Shown: positions 16,532 to 25,498 of the stretch, piece by piece | How the letters are laid out: every line of letters begins with the position of its first letter | How positions within the stretch are numbered: the first letter of the stretch is position 1 | Assembly (NCBI GenBank): GCA_030526995.1 | Contig: JAUNBP010000002.1 | Coordinates: 1 to 64,000 of the forward strand | DNA: 64,000 nucleotides | Reading direction: 5' to 3' | Source of the DNA: Clostridia bacterium | GTDB taxonomy: Bacteria > Bacillota > Clostridia > Christensenellales > CAG-138 | Translations under genes and position numbers: made by a program | The notes under the pieces: model-generated | Told to the model about the DNA's origin: nothing | The model's database searches: none | The model's input: only the letters and a program-made list of their open reading frames with translations

Positions 16532-17718
16532 TGGTTTCCGAAAAAATGGTTGTTCTCGGCAAGAACCGCTCCAACATGCGAGAGCTGTTCGCATACGGAC
16601 TTGAACAGGCAAAGATTGTGGGCAAGGAAAACGTGTTCGATTTTTCCATAGGAAATCCGAGCGTGCCCCCGCCCGATGCCGTGGGCGATGCCTTTATGGA
16701 GGTTCTGACCCAGCCGGCACTGCAAATTCACGGCTACACCCCCGCAGTCGGCTGCGACGAGGCGAGGGATGCGGTCGCAGCGCACCTTACCAAACTTTTG
16801 AAGCGCCCGTTTACAAGGCGCAACGTCTATATCACCTGCGGTGCTGCTGCTGCACTCATGGCGAGCTTGAAGGGCTTTTGCATAGACTACAAGAGCGAGT
16901 TCATAGTGTTTGCGCCGTTCTTCCCCGAGTACCGCTGCTTTGTCGAGAGTGCAGGCGGTGTTTTGAGAGTGGTGCCGCCCGAGGATGACAGGTTCCAAAT
17001 CAACTTTAAGGCCTTGGAAGAAACGATAAACGAACACACTCAGGGCGTTATCGTCAACACCCCGAACAACCCCACCGGTGCGGTCTATACAAAGGAAGTT
17101 CTGCAAAGGCTTGGCGAGATATTAAGAAAAAAGTCAAAGGAGATAGGGCATACGATTTACATAATATCCGACGAACCCTATCGAGAACTCGTGTACGACG
17201 ACAAGGAAGTAGCCTTCGTCCCCGACTATTACGACAACACGATAGTCTGCTACTCATACAGCAAGACGCTTTCGCTCCCGGGCGATCGCATAGGCTACAT
17301 GTGCGTGCCGGACACTATGGAGAACTTTGACGAGGTCTGCTGGGCTACCGCCGGAGCCGCACGTGCCATGGGCTACGTCTGCGCCCCCGCAATAATGCAG
17401 CACGTGATTGCCCGCTGCGCCGACGTCCCGGCAAACAAGGAGGTCTACGCCCGCAATCGCAAGATTCTCTACGAGGGACTCACCGCCATGGGCTATGAAT
17501 GCGTGTATCCTGACGGCGCCTTCTATCTGTTCGTCCGAGCCCCCGAAGGCAACGCCAAAGAATTCTGCGAAAGAGCAAAAAAGCTCAACCTGCTCGTGGT
17601 TATGGGCGATGATTTCGGCTGCCCCACGCACTTTAGAGTATCCTACTGTGTGCAGACCGAAATGATAGAACGGGCGCTGCCGTTGTTCAACACTTTGATT
17701 GAAAATGGACAAAGTTAA
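16531..17718 (+). CDS. Class I/II PLP-dependent aminotransferase
   Basis: ATG overlaps the iorB stop (TAATG). ..YSKTLSLPGDRIGY.. Lys-containing PLP region. Confidence 0.8.
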   Translation: MVSEKMVVLGKNRSNMRELFAYGLEQAKIVGKENVFDFSIGNPSVPPPDAVGDAFMEVLTQPALQIHGYTPAVGCDEARDAVAAHLTKLLKRPFTRRNVYITCGAAAALMASLKGFCIDYKSEFIVFAPFFPEYRCFVESAGGVLRVVPPEDDRFQINFKALEETINEHTQGVIVNTPNNPTGAVYTKEVLQRLGEILRKKSKEIGHTIYIISDEPYRELVYDDKEVAFVPDYYDNTIVCYSYSKTLSLPGDRIGYMCVPDTMENFDEVCWATAGAARAMGYVCAPAIMQHVIARCADVPANKEVYARNRKILYEGLTAMGYECVYPDGAFYLFVRAPEGNAKEFCERAKKLNLLVVMGDDFGCPTHFRVSYCVQTEMIERALPLFNTLIENGQS

Positions 17719-17796
17719 TATATTTGTTGATTAAATTTGACAATACAGAGCTTTAGTGATACACTCCTCTGCGTAATACGTGCAGGGGAGTTTTTT

Positions 17797-18939
17797 ATGA
17801 AGGTAGCAGTCGTTTGCGATGTGCTGGGGAAGGAAAACAACGGAACCACCATTGCAGCCATGAATTTAATCCGCTCATTGAGGGCAAAGGGACACGAGGT
17901 TCGAGTTGTCTGTCCCGACGAGGAGCGCAGGGGAGAAGAGGGTTATTATATTGTACCTACGATAAATTTCGGTGTTTTGAACAATTACGTTCAAAAGAAC
18001 GGAGTGGCACTTGCAAAGGTGGATGAAAGCACGCTTCGCAGTGCGCTCGAAGGCATTGACGTAATGCACACCATAACCCCGTTCTTTTTAACGGTAAAGG
18101 CAATAGAGATAGCAAGGGAGAATAACATTCCGATAACCTCGGGCTTCCACTGCCAAGCCGAAAACTTTACAAACCACATCTTTATGATGAACAGCAAGCG
18201 AGTCAATCGCAGAATGTACGAAATCTTCTACAAGTACACATATCAATACGTAGATTGCATACATTTTCCGACCCAGTTTATTTGCGACGTGTTTTTGGGC
18301 GTGATAGGCAAGGACCTCAACCACAGGGTCATATCCAACGGTGTCAACAAGGCCTTTCAACGCAAGCAGGCGGAAAGACCCGCCGAGCTTGAGGGGAAGT
18401 TCATCATCCTGTTCACGGGAAGGTACAGCAAGGAAAAGTCGCACACGGTTCTCATAGACGCAGTCAAGCGCTCAAAATACGCCGACGATATTCAGCTCAT
18501 ATTTGCAGGTAGCGGTCCGCAGCGGGAGCATCTTGAGGAATATGCGAGGGAGCAGCTAAAGATTCAGCCCATATTCAATTTCTTCTCTCGGGAGGAGATG
18601 ATAGACGTCATAAATTACTCCGATTTATACGTGCATCCCGCCGAGATAGAGATAGAGGCCATATCCTGCTTGGAGGCCATTTCGTGCGGACTGGTTCCCG
18701 TGATATCCAACTCCAAGCGCAGCGCAACGAGGTTCTTTGCACTCGACAATCGCAACCACTTCCGCTGCAACGACAGCCGGAATCTGGCTGCAAAGATAGA
18801 TTATTGGATAACGCACCCCGAGGAAAGGGCAAAATGCAGCGAGAACTATCTGGGCTATGCCAAGCGGTTCGATTTTGACCTTTGCATGGATCAAATGGAG
18901 CAGATGCTGATAGACACGATAAATGAGAAAAAAGGATAG
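17797..18939 (+). CDS. GT4-family glycosyltransferase (glycolipid synthase-like)
   Basis: MKVAVVCDVLGKENNGTTIA N-terminus. C-terminal EX7E-like GT4 region (..YVHPAEIEIEAISCLEAISCGLVPV..). Confidence 0.75.
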   Translation: MKVAVVCDVLGKENNGTTIAAMNLIRSLRAKGHEVRVVCPDEERRGEEGYYIVPTINFGVLNNYVQKNGVALAKVDESTLRSALEGIDVMHTITPFFLTVKAIEIARENNIPITSGFHCQAENFTNHIFMMNSKRVNRRMYEIFYKYTYQYVDCIHFPTQFICDVFLGVIGKDLNHRVISNGVNKAFQRKQAERPAELEGKFIILFTGRYSKEKSHTVLIDAVKRSKYADDIQLIFAGSGPQREHLEEYAREQLKIQPIFNFFSREEMIDVINYSDLYVHPAEIEIEAISCLEAISCGLVPVISNSKRSATRFFALDNRNHFRCNDSRNLAAKIDYWITHPEERAKCSENYLGYAKRFDFDLCMDQMEQMLIDTINEKKG

Positions 18940-19714
18940 AGTAATCTACTATTCCGACCCAATCAACGACGATTTTGCCGGAACCGCAATAAAGCAAAAG
19001 ACGATTGACGCAAGCTATCCGTACAAGCGCAGCAGGCTTTGGAGAGCTGCTTCGTTCGTGGCCTATTATGCGATTGCAATGCCGATAGTTGCGTTTATAT
19101 GCAGGTTCGTTCTCGGGATTAGAGTCAAAAATAAAAAGGCAATACGAAAGCTCAAAGGCGGCTTTTGTCTTTACGGCAACCACACCTATCAGCTCGACGC
19201 CTTCCTGCCCCCGATAGTAGCTTGGCCGAAAAGGGCATACACGATAGCCAATGCGGACGTGGCAGCCGTCAAGGGCATAGCTTGGCTTGCCGAGATGTTG
19301 GGCGCAGTCCCCATTCCTACAGGGCTGTCGGGCATGACCTCGTTTCTATCCGCCATCCGCGGCTATTGCGATAAGGGGCATTGCATAGGCATCTTCCCCG
19401 AGGCGCACATCTGGCCCTACTATACGGGGATACGCCCGCTGCAACGGGTTTCGTTCCGCTATCCCGTAACATGGGACTGCCCTATGGTCGTGATGACGCT
19501 CACCTATCAACATCGGACGGGGCTGAACAAATGGCGCAAAAAGCCCAAGCGCACCCTCTTCATTTCCGAACCGATGTACAGAAATTCGGCGCTTTCCCAA
19601 AAGGAAGCGCAGGAGGATTTGCGACTTCGGGCGCAGGCGTTCATGGACGAGATGGCGAAGTACAGCACCTATGAATATATAAGATACGAATACAGGGAAA
19701 ATCAGAAATCATAG
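18923..19714 (+). CDS. Lysophospholipid/1-acylglycerol-3-phosphate acyltransferase family protein
   Basis: HX4D acyltransferase motif (GNHTYQLD). Membrane N-terminus. Overlaps the GT4 gene end. Confidence 0.7.
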   Translation: MRKKDRVIYYSDPINDDFAGTAIKQKTIDASYPYKRSRLWRAASFVAYYAIAMPIVAFICRFVLGIRVKNKKAIRKLKGGFCLYGNHTYQLDAFLPPIVAWPKRAYTIANADVAAVKGIAWLAEMLGAVPIPTGLSGMTSFLSAIRGYCDKGHCIGIFPEAHIWPYYTGIRPLQRVSFRYPVTWDCPMVVMTLTYQHRTGLNKWRKKPKRTLFISEPMYRNSALSQKEAQEDLRLRAQAFMDEMAKYSTYEYIRYEYRENQKS

Positions 19715-22032
19715 AACCATACGGACAGCTTTTCGGTGGCGTTTCCGACAACGGGAACGCCGTTTACCGTAAGCTCGGGATGCGCAGGCACGACATAGTA
19801 GCGATAAATCCCAAGCCGTCCATAGGTGTTTTCGGTATAGGAGCAGGGTAAAACGCTCCCCGAAAAGGTCTCCAAAAGCACCGCATAGCCGCTCTGATCT
19901 TCACGGTAAAGCCGATATTCAACGTAGGGCGCAAGCGGCGTAAAGGTTAGGGTCAGGGTGGACTCGCTTTTTACATATCTCAAATCCGAAGGCGGCATCG
20001 GAACAGCCCAGTAGAGCGAGCTCAAAGTAGGCTCCGTTCCCCTTAAAAAATATTCATAAACCGTGGACTCGTCGGGCGTGAGATCGCTTGAAAGGACTGC
20101 CACATATTCGTTTTCAAGTGAATATCCGTCCAAACTCACGTAGACAACATCGGAGGGCGCCTCAAACTCGGGGGCAGCGTCGTTTAAGTAAATATTTGAA
20201 AAAATCTCGCTCATCACCTCGGCAGGATAGGTTCCTCCGCCGGAATCGGCAGGCAGTATCTTGCCGTTGCTGCTATCGTCATAGCCCATCCATATAACGG
20301 CTGCATAGGAGGGGTTGTAGGTTGCAAGCCAAATATCACGGTTGCCCACCAAGTCACCGGAGGTTCCGGTCTTTGCGGCAAGCTCAATCCCGATATCGGA
20401 GAGGCGGCTGGCGGTTCCGCTTTCAACAACGCTTTGCAACATGCTCGTAAGGATAAAGGCGTTGCCTTGTTGCATCACTCGAACGGGATTGGTCTCGTGT
20501 TCGTACAAAACGTTCCCGTTGCTGTCGGTAATTCGGGAGACGACATAAGGCTCCTGATAAACCCCGTAGTTGGAAAGGGCAGCGTAAGCGCCCGCAAGCT
20601 GATAGGGCGATACGCCGTAGGTAAAGCCGCCGAGCGAGAGCGCAAGGCGGGTGTCGTGCTCATGAAAGGTGATGCCGAGTTTCATTGCAAACTGCTTGCA
20701 GTAGTCTGCACCAAGTTCAGAAAAGACCGAGACCGCAGGGATGTTCAAGGACCTCGTTACCGCCTCCCGCATCGTAACCCAGCCCGAATATCTTCCGTTG
20801 GCATTTCTCGGAATGTAGTCTCCGAACACGGTCTGCTCGTCGAGCAGCATACTTGCGGCGGTGTAGCCGCTTTCAAGGGCTGGAGCATAGACGAGGATGG
20901 GCTTTATAGCCGACCCGGGCTGGCGGCGTATGCGCACGGCACGGTTATAGGCGAGGGCAATATCGTTATCCCGCCCGCCGAGGAGGGCGCAGACCCCACC
21001 GGTCTGAGAATCCACAATGACGACGGCGCCCTGTGCGCTCACTCCGTTTACGCTCGGAAAGTAGGCATCGTTTGCAAAGGCATTTTCGCAGATGGCTTGA
21101 ATCTCACCGTCCATCATCGTTTCAATGCGATAGCCGCCGGTCAAAAGCTCACTCATCTCAACGTTCAAAAGCTCACAAGCGGAGGTCAGCGCAAGATCGA
21201 CATAGTAGCCCCGCACATTGTTGGTGGTTTCGGAGGCCAAGATTAAGGGTTCGCTCTTTGCACTTTCCGCTTCGGCAGCCGTTATGAACCCATATTCCGC
21301 CATGAGATCGAGGATAACGCCCCGCCGTCCTACAGAGGCGTCGGGACGAAGATGAGGCGCAAATTTTGCAGGAGCCTTTAACACGCCTGCAAGCAGGGCT
21401 GCTTGGGATAGGGAGAGGTCTTTTGCAGATACGCCGAAATAGGTTCTTGCCGCAGCCTCTATCCCGTAGCAGCCGTTCCCAAAGTAAACAAAGTTTAGGT
21501 ACAGCTCCAGTATTTCGGCTTTGGAGTATATGTTTTCAAGCTGATAGGCAAGGATGGCCTCATCGAGTTTGCGGGACAGTTCCTTTTCCGAGGAGAGATG
21601 CGACAGCTTAATAAGCTGTTGGGTTATCGTCGAGGCTCCTTCCACATAGGCGTTTGCCTTGATATCGTTGATTGCAGCACCTATGATTCGAACTATATCG
21701 AAGCCGTTATGCGTGTAAAATCTTGCGTCCTCGGCAGCTATGAAGGCATTGGTCACGTGCTTGGGCAGGGTGCTTATATCGATATCAATTCGGTTTTCGG
21801 TGGCGTAGAGGCAGGAGATTTCATTGCCCGAGGCATCGTAAACAAGCGTGGACTGGGCGGTCTCGGCAATCTTTGTCGTGTCGAGCATGTGCCAAGCGTC
21901 ACGGGAGGCAATCAGCGCAATAAAAACGAGGCAGGGTGTGAGAACCAAAAAAGAGGCGCACAACCAAAAACGCCGTCTTTTCCGACGGCGCATCCTGCTT
22001 TTGTAATAGAAAAGTGCACGCTTGCGGTTCAT
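19702..22032 (-). CDS. Class A penicillin-binding protein (PBP1A; transglycosylase + transpeptidase)
   Basis: GT51 motifs (EDARFYTHNGFD, GASTITQQL). Transpeptidase SxxK/SxN/KTG regions. N-terminal basic/TM anchor. Confidence 0.9.
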   Translation of the reverse strand: MNRKRALFYYKSRMRRRKRRRFWLCASFLVLTPCLVFIALIASRDAWHMLDTTKIAETAQSTLVYDASGNEISCLYATENRIDIDISTLPKHVTNAFIAAEDARFYTHNGFDIVRIIGAAINDIKANAYVEGASTITQQLIKLSHLSSEKELSRKLDEAILAYQLENIYSKAEILELYLNFVYFGNGCYGIEAAARTYFGVSAKDLSLSQAALLAGVLKAPAKFAPHLRPDASVGRRGVILDLMAEYGFITAAEAESAKSEPLILASETTNNVRGYYVDLALTSACELLNVEMSELLTGGYRIETMMDGEIQAICENAFANDAYFPSVNGVSAQGAVVIVDSQTGGVCALLGGRDNDIALAYNRAVRIRRQPGSAIKPILVYAPALESGYTAASMLLDEQTVFGDYIPRNANGRYSGWVTMREAVTRSLNIPAVSVFSELGADYCKQFAMKLGITFHEHDTRLALSLGGFTYGVSPYQLAGAYAALSNYGVYQEPYVVSRITDSNGNVLYEHETNPVRVMQQGNAFILTSMLQSVVESGTASRLSDIGIELAAKTGTSGDLVGNRDIWLATYNPSYAAVIWMGYDDSSNGKILPADSGGGTYPAEVMSEIFSNIYLNDAAPEFEAPSDVVYVSLDGYSLENEYVAVLSSDLTPDESTVYEYFLRGTEPTLSSLYWAVPMPPSDLRYVKSESTLTLTFTPLAPYVEYRLYREDQSGYAVLLETFSGSVLPCSYTENTYGRLGIYRYYVVPAHPELTVNGVPVVGNATEKLSVWFYDF

Positions 22033-22062
22033 GGTACATATTGTGCCAAAACCTGTTGAAAG

Positions 22063-22590
22063 CTATACAACCAACCACTTTCGTATTCGCTTATTGTAAA
22101 ACGCAATGCAGAGGTTATAGATGAGGTCTAAAACAAAAAAGCAAATCTGTGCGAGGATGACGAGCAGCACGATGTGCACATTCGGCAGCATCGTCAAAAT
22201 CGAAACCTCCGTAAGCTGCCAGAGGCAGAAGGAGGCGAGCGCAAAACCTATGTTGCAGTAGAGTACGGTCAAAATGGAGCGCAGCCAAACGATGTTCACC
22301 TTGTCGCAGAAAAACTGTCGAACTATGCCAAAGTGTCCGATCAGCGCAACATAGAAAAACCAACTCATGCGGTCAGGGAGCAGGAGAAACGCCAAGATTG
22401 CCGTTGCGAGGAAGGACAGCCATGCAAAAAGGAACTGCCGCTCGCCCACCAAGATGTAGACGAACAGCGAGGTTAAAAAGGCAAATATCAAGCGTGAAAA
22501 CGGAACGACCTCGGAAGCGTAGAGAAAGAGGACGTTTAGGGCTATAATCATTGCAGACAACGATATTTTCTTTGAAAGTCGCAGTTTCAT
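22063..22590 (-). CDS. Polytopic membrane protein, possibly an ECF-transporter S-component-like protein
   Basis: About 5 predicted TM helices and 175 aa. Assignment by general resemblance only. Confidence 0.4.
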   Translation of the reverse strand: MKLRLSKKISLSAMIIALNVLFLYASEVVPFSRLIFAFLTSLFVYILVGERQFLFAWLSFLATAILAFLLLPDRMSWFFYVALIGHFGIVRQFFCDKVNIVWLRSILTVLYCNIGFALASFCLWQLTEVSILTMLPNVHIVLLVILAQICFFVLDLIYNLCIAFYNKRIRKWLVV

Positions 22591-22594
22591 TTCA

Positions 22595-23179
22595 TCACCT
22601 GCAACAGTTGCAGCACATGTTCATGCAGAGCAGCGTCGAACAAATGGAGCAGCAGGAACAGTCGTCCCTGTCCGCAGAATTTTGCGGCCCCGAAGTGTAG
22701 GGGTTGGTGTTGTTTATCAGCGTGGTGTATGCGCTGCGGTACTCGGCGTTGGAGGGCTCGGCCTCGTAAGCTGCGGTGAAATGCACCCTCGCCCTATCGT
22801 ACCAGCCCCAGCGCATGTACAGGATGCCGTAGAGATAGTTCCATTCGGCATCGTGGACGGGGATTCCGTCAAGGATGCTCCTTGCAGCGTTGAGGTTGTT
22901 TTGGTTGATATAGGCACGGGCCCGATTAAGCTCCGAAGCATATTGCCCCGAATACGAGCTGCTGCCCGACGCAGTATAGGAGGACCCGCCCGAGGTCTGC
23001 TTCTTTTGAAGCATATCGTAGGCTTGGTTGACCTCCTTCAATTTCTCGTTGGCAAGTTCTTTTAAGGGGTTGTCAACATACTTGTCGGGGTGGTACTTTT
23101 TGACAAGCGCAAGATAGGCCTGTCTAATCTCCTCCTGCGAAGCATTTTCACTTACACCCAGAACCTTGTAGGGATTCAT
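22595..23179 (-). CDS. J-domain (DnaJ-like) protein with Cys-rich C-terminal tail
   Basis: J domain with HPD (..YHPDKY..). TPR-like middle. C-terminus CSCCSICSTLLCMNMCCNCCR. Confidence 0.75.
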   Translation of the reverse strand: MNPYKVLGVSENASQEEIRQAYLALVKKYHPDKYVDNPLKELANEKLKEVNQAYDMLQKKQTSGGSSYTASGSSSYSGQYASELNRARAYINQNNLNAARSILDGIPVHDAEWNYLYGILYMRWGWYDRARVHFTAAYEAEPSNAEYRSAYTTLINNTNPYTSGPQNSADRDDCSCCSICSTLLCMNMCCNCCR

Positions 23180-24006
23180 CTCTCTTCTCCTTTTAATATA
23201 TCTCTCGTCCTGTTCATACAGCCGAGCGTGATAATGTTTTCAAGCAGACTCTCATTGCGTTTGAGCTGCAGCAGCGCAAGAGCGTTTCCCGCCTCGGCAA
23301 GCGACTTGTATAGCGCATATACGGTGTCGTCCTTGCTGCGCTTTGCGGCGTTAAACGGATTGTAACGCCCCTTTTTGCTATCCTCCTCCATATCGTTTGC
23401 CGCATCGATGAGGTATATCCACCTGCCGAGGTTGTAGAACAGCCAGCTTAGAACCGTGCGCTCGCTTTCGGAGGTGGCGGGGGAGTGTCGTGCAATCGAC
23501 GCAAGCAGCCTTGCAAAACAGTCGGCAACCGCATCGGCGTCGGCACAGGCGGCACCTTCGAGTGCGGAAAGCTCGCCTAAACAGGTCTCAACGGTGCCCA
23601 CAAGGTCGGGATAGTCCTTCTTAATTCGCCTAACCTTGCGCCCGAGATACAAAGCGGCAATGCCTCGGGTAATTTTGCGCTCGTCCTTCCAATCGTCACG
23701 GCATTTATAATAGGAAAGCATTACGTTGCAGTCGGCGGCATAGAAGAACGAAGCGTTGGGGCAGACGTTTACTTTGCGAGGGCGGTTGCACCTGTGAAGA
23801 CAGCGGCACTTTTGATAGGCAACGCTGTCCTCGCAAAGGGAGGAAAGCAAAAGCGCAAGGAAGGTGCAGTCGTAGGTGAGAACTGCGGACGCAAAATACC
23901 CATGTCGCCTGCGGATAGCCTTGCAAAGACCGCAGTAGGCGGCATGATATACGGCCTGCTCTTTAACTTTCAGCTCGCATTCGAGCGGTTTTACATAACC
24001 AAACAT
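23176..24006 (-). CDS. DUF5685-family protein (partner of the J-domain protein)
   Basis: MFGYVKP..ELKV..YCGLCK N-terminal signature. Stop overlaps the J-protein start by 4 nt. Confidence 0.6.
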   Translation of the reverse strand: MFGYVKPLECELKVKEQAVYHAAYCGLCKAIRRRHGYFASAVLTYDCTFLALLLSSLCEDSVAYQKCRCLHRCNRPRKVNVCPNASFFYAADCNVMLSYYKCRDDWKDERKITRGIAALYLGRKVRRIKKDYPDLVGTVETCLGELSALEGAACADADAVADCFARLLASIARHSPATSESERTVLSWLFYNLGRWIYLIDAANDMEEDSKKGRYNPFNAAKRSKDDTVYALYKSLAEAGNALALLQLKRNESLLENIITLGCMNRTRDILKGEER

Positions 24007-24231
24007 AGCTTTAATGGATACAGTATAGCATGAAAGAACGGAAAACATATTGAAATTTTTGCAAAATCGGATAGTTTTATCGGAATAAAGCCCAAAGATG
24101 AAAAAACTTTTGAAAAAAAATTAATTTACCCCTTTTTTTTTGAAGAAGTATCTGTTATAATGCAGTTGTACGTTTATCGTGCAAAATAAAAAGATTCCTT
24201 AAACAGGAAAATATTAGGAGGTTATTCAGTT

Positions 24232-25395
24232 ATGAAGAGAATCATTGCCCTATTTTTGATTTTGGCATTGATCTTCACCGTCGTTGCTTGCCAGAAGACC
24301 GACGAAGGTGAAGCACAAGATGATCCCGCAGTTGTGGATCCGGCAGATCCCGCAGATCCCGAAGATCCGGTAGTAGAAGCACCTGCAATGAAGATTGCCC
24401 TCGTTACCGACGTCGGTAACATCGATGACAAGTCTTTCAACCAGGGCGCATGGGAAGGTGTTGTCCAGTTCGCAGAGAGCAAGGGTTTGGTCCAGGGCGA
24501 CGGTTATGACTACTATCGTCCGTCCGAGGACTCCACCGAAGCTCGTGTTGAGACCATCGGCACCGCAATCGCAAACGGCGCAAACGTAGTTGTTTGCCCG
24601 GGCTATCTGTTCGAAGATGCCATCTACACCGTACAGTCCCAGTATCCCGAAGTCATGTTCCTCCTGTTGGACGGCGAACCGCACACGGCGGACTACTCGG
24701 TATATGAGACCACGGCAAACACCCACAACATCCTGTATCAGGAGGAGCAGGCAGGCTTCTTCGCAGGATATGCAGCAGTCAAGGACGGCTACACCCAGCT
24801 CGGCTTCTTGGGCGGCATGGCAGTTCCGGCGGTTGTTCGTTATGGCTACGGCTTTGTACAGGGCGCAAACCTTGCAGCAACCGAAATGGGCGTTGCTGAC
24901 CAGGTTTCCATCAAGTACTGGTACTGCGGCGGCTTTGCTCCGTCGGATGATATCCAGATTAAGATGGCAGGCTGGTACACCGATGGCACCGAAGTCGTAT
25001 TCGCATGCGGCGGCGGCATCTATCTGAGCGCAGTTGCAGCAGCTACTGCAGCAAATGCAAAGGTCATCGGCGTTGACGTTGACCAGAGCGCAGAGTCCGA
25101 TTGCATCATCACCTCGGCGATGAAGGGCTTGACGGTTTCCGTCGTAATGGCTCTCGAATCGCTCTATGAGAACGGTGGCGTTTGGAACGATGAATATGCC
25201 GGCACGACCGCAACCCTGGGCGCAGCGGTTGACGCAGTCGGCCTGCCGACAGCAGAAGGTTCCTGGAGACTCACCACCTTCACGGTAGCAGAGTACGAAG
25301 AGCTCTTTGAGAAGGTAAAGAACGGGGAAATCACTGTCTCCAACGATACAGAGAATCCGCCGACCGTCGAGATCAGCGTAGACTACAACGCATAA
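24232..25395 (+). CDS. BMP-family (PnrA/Med-like) nucleoside-binding ABC transporter lipoprotein
   Basis: Lipobox VVAC|Q plus BMP fold signatures. Confidence 0.85.
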   Translation: MKRIIALFLILALIFTVVACQKTDEGEAQDDPAVVDPADPADPEDPVVEAPAMKIALVTDVGNIDDKSFNQGAWEGVVQFAESKGLVQGDGYDYYRPSEDSTEARVETIGTAIANGANVVVCPGYLFEDAIYTVQSQYPEVMFLLLDGEPHTADYSVYETTANTHNILYQEEQAGFFAGYAAVKDGYTQLGFLGGMAVPAVVRYGYGFVQGANLAATEMGVADQVSIKYWYCGGFAPSDDIQIKMAGWYTDGTEVVFACGGGIYLSAVAAATAANAKVIGVDVDQSAESDCIITSAMKGLTVSVVMALESLYENGGVWNDEYAGTTATLGAAVDAVGLPTAEGSWRLTTFTVAEYEELFEKVKNGEITVSNDTENPPTVEISVDYNA

Positions 25396-25441
25396 AAAGA
25401 AACGGGCGCAAAGTTAATATTTGCGATCCGCGAAAAACTCA

Positions 25442-25469
25442 GAGAGGCTAGGCCAAGGCCTAGCCTCTC
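25442..25469 (+). promoter_or_regulatory. Intercistronic perfect inverted repeat (mRNA stem-loop) between SBP and ATPase genes
   Basis: GAGAGGCTAGGCC-aa-GGCCTAGCCTCTC, 13-bp perfect arms, no T-tract. Confidence 0.5.
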
Positions 25470-25498
25470 ATCATAAAATAAGACAAAGGGGACACAGT

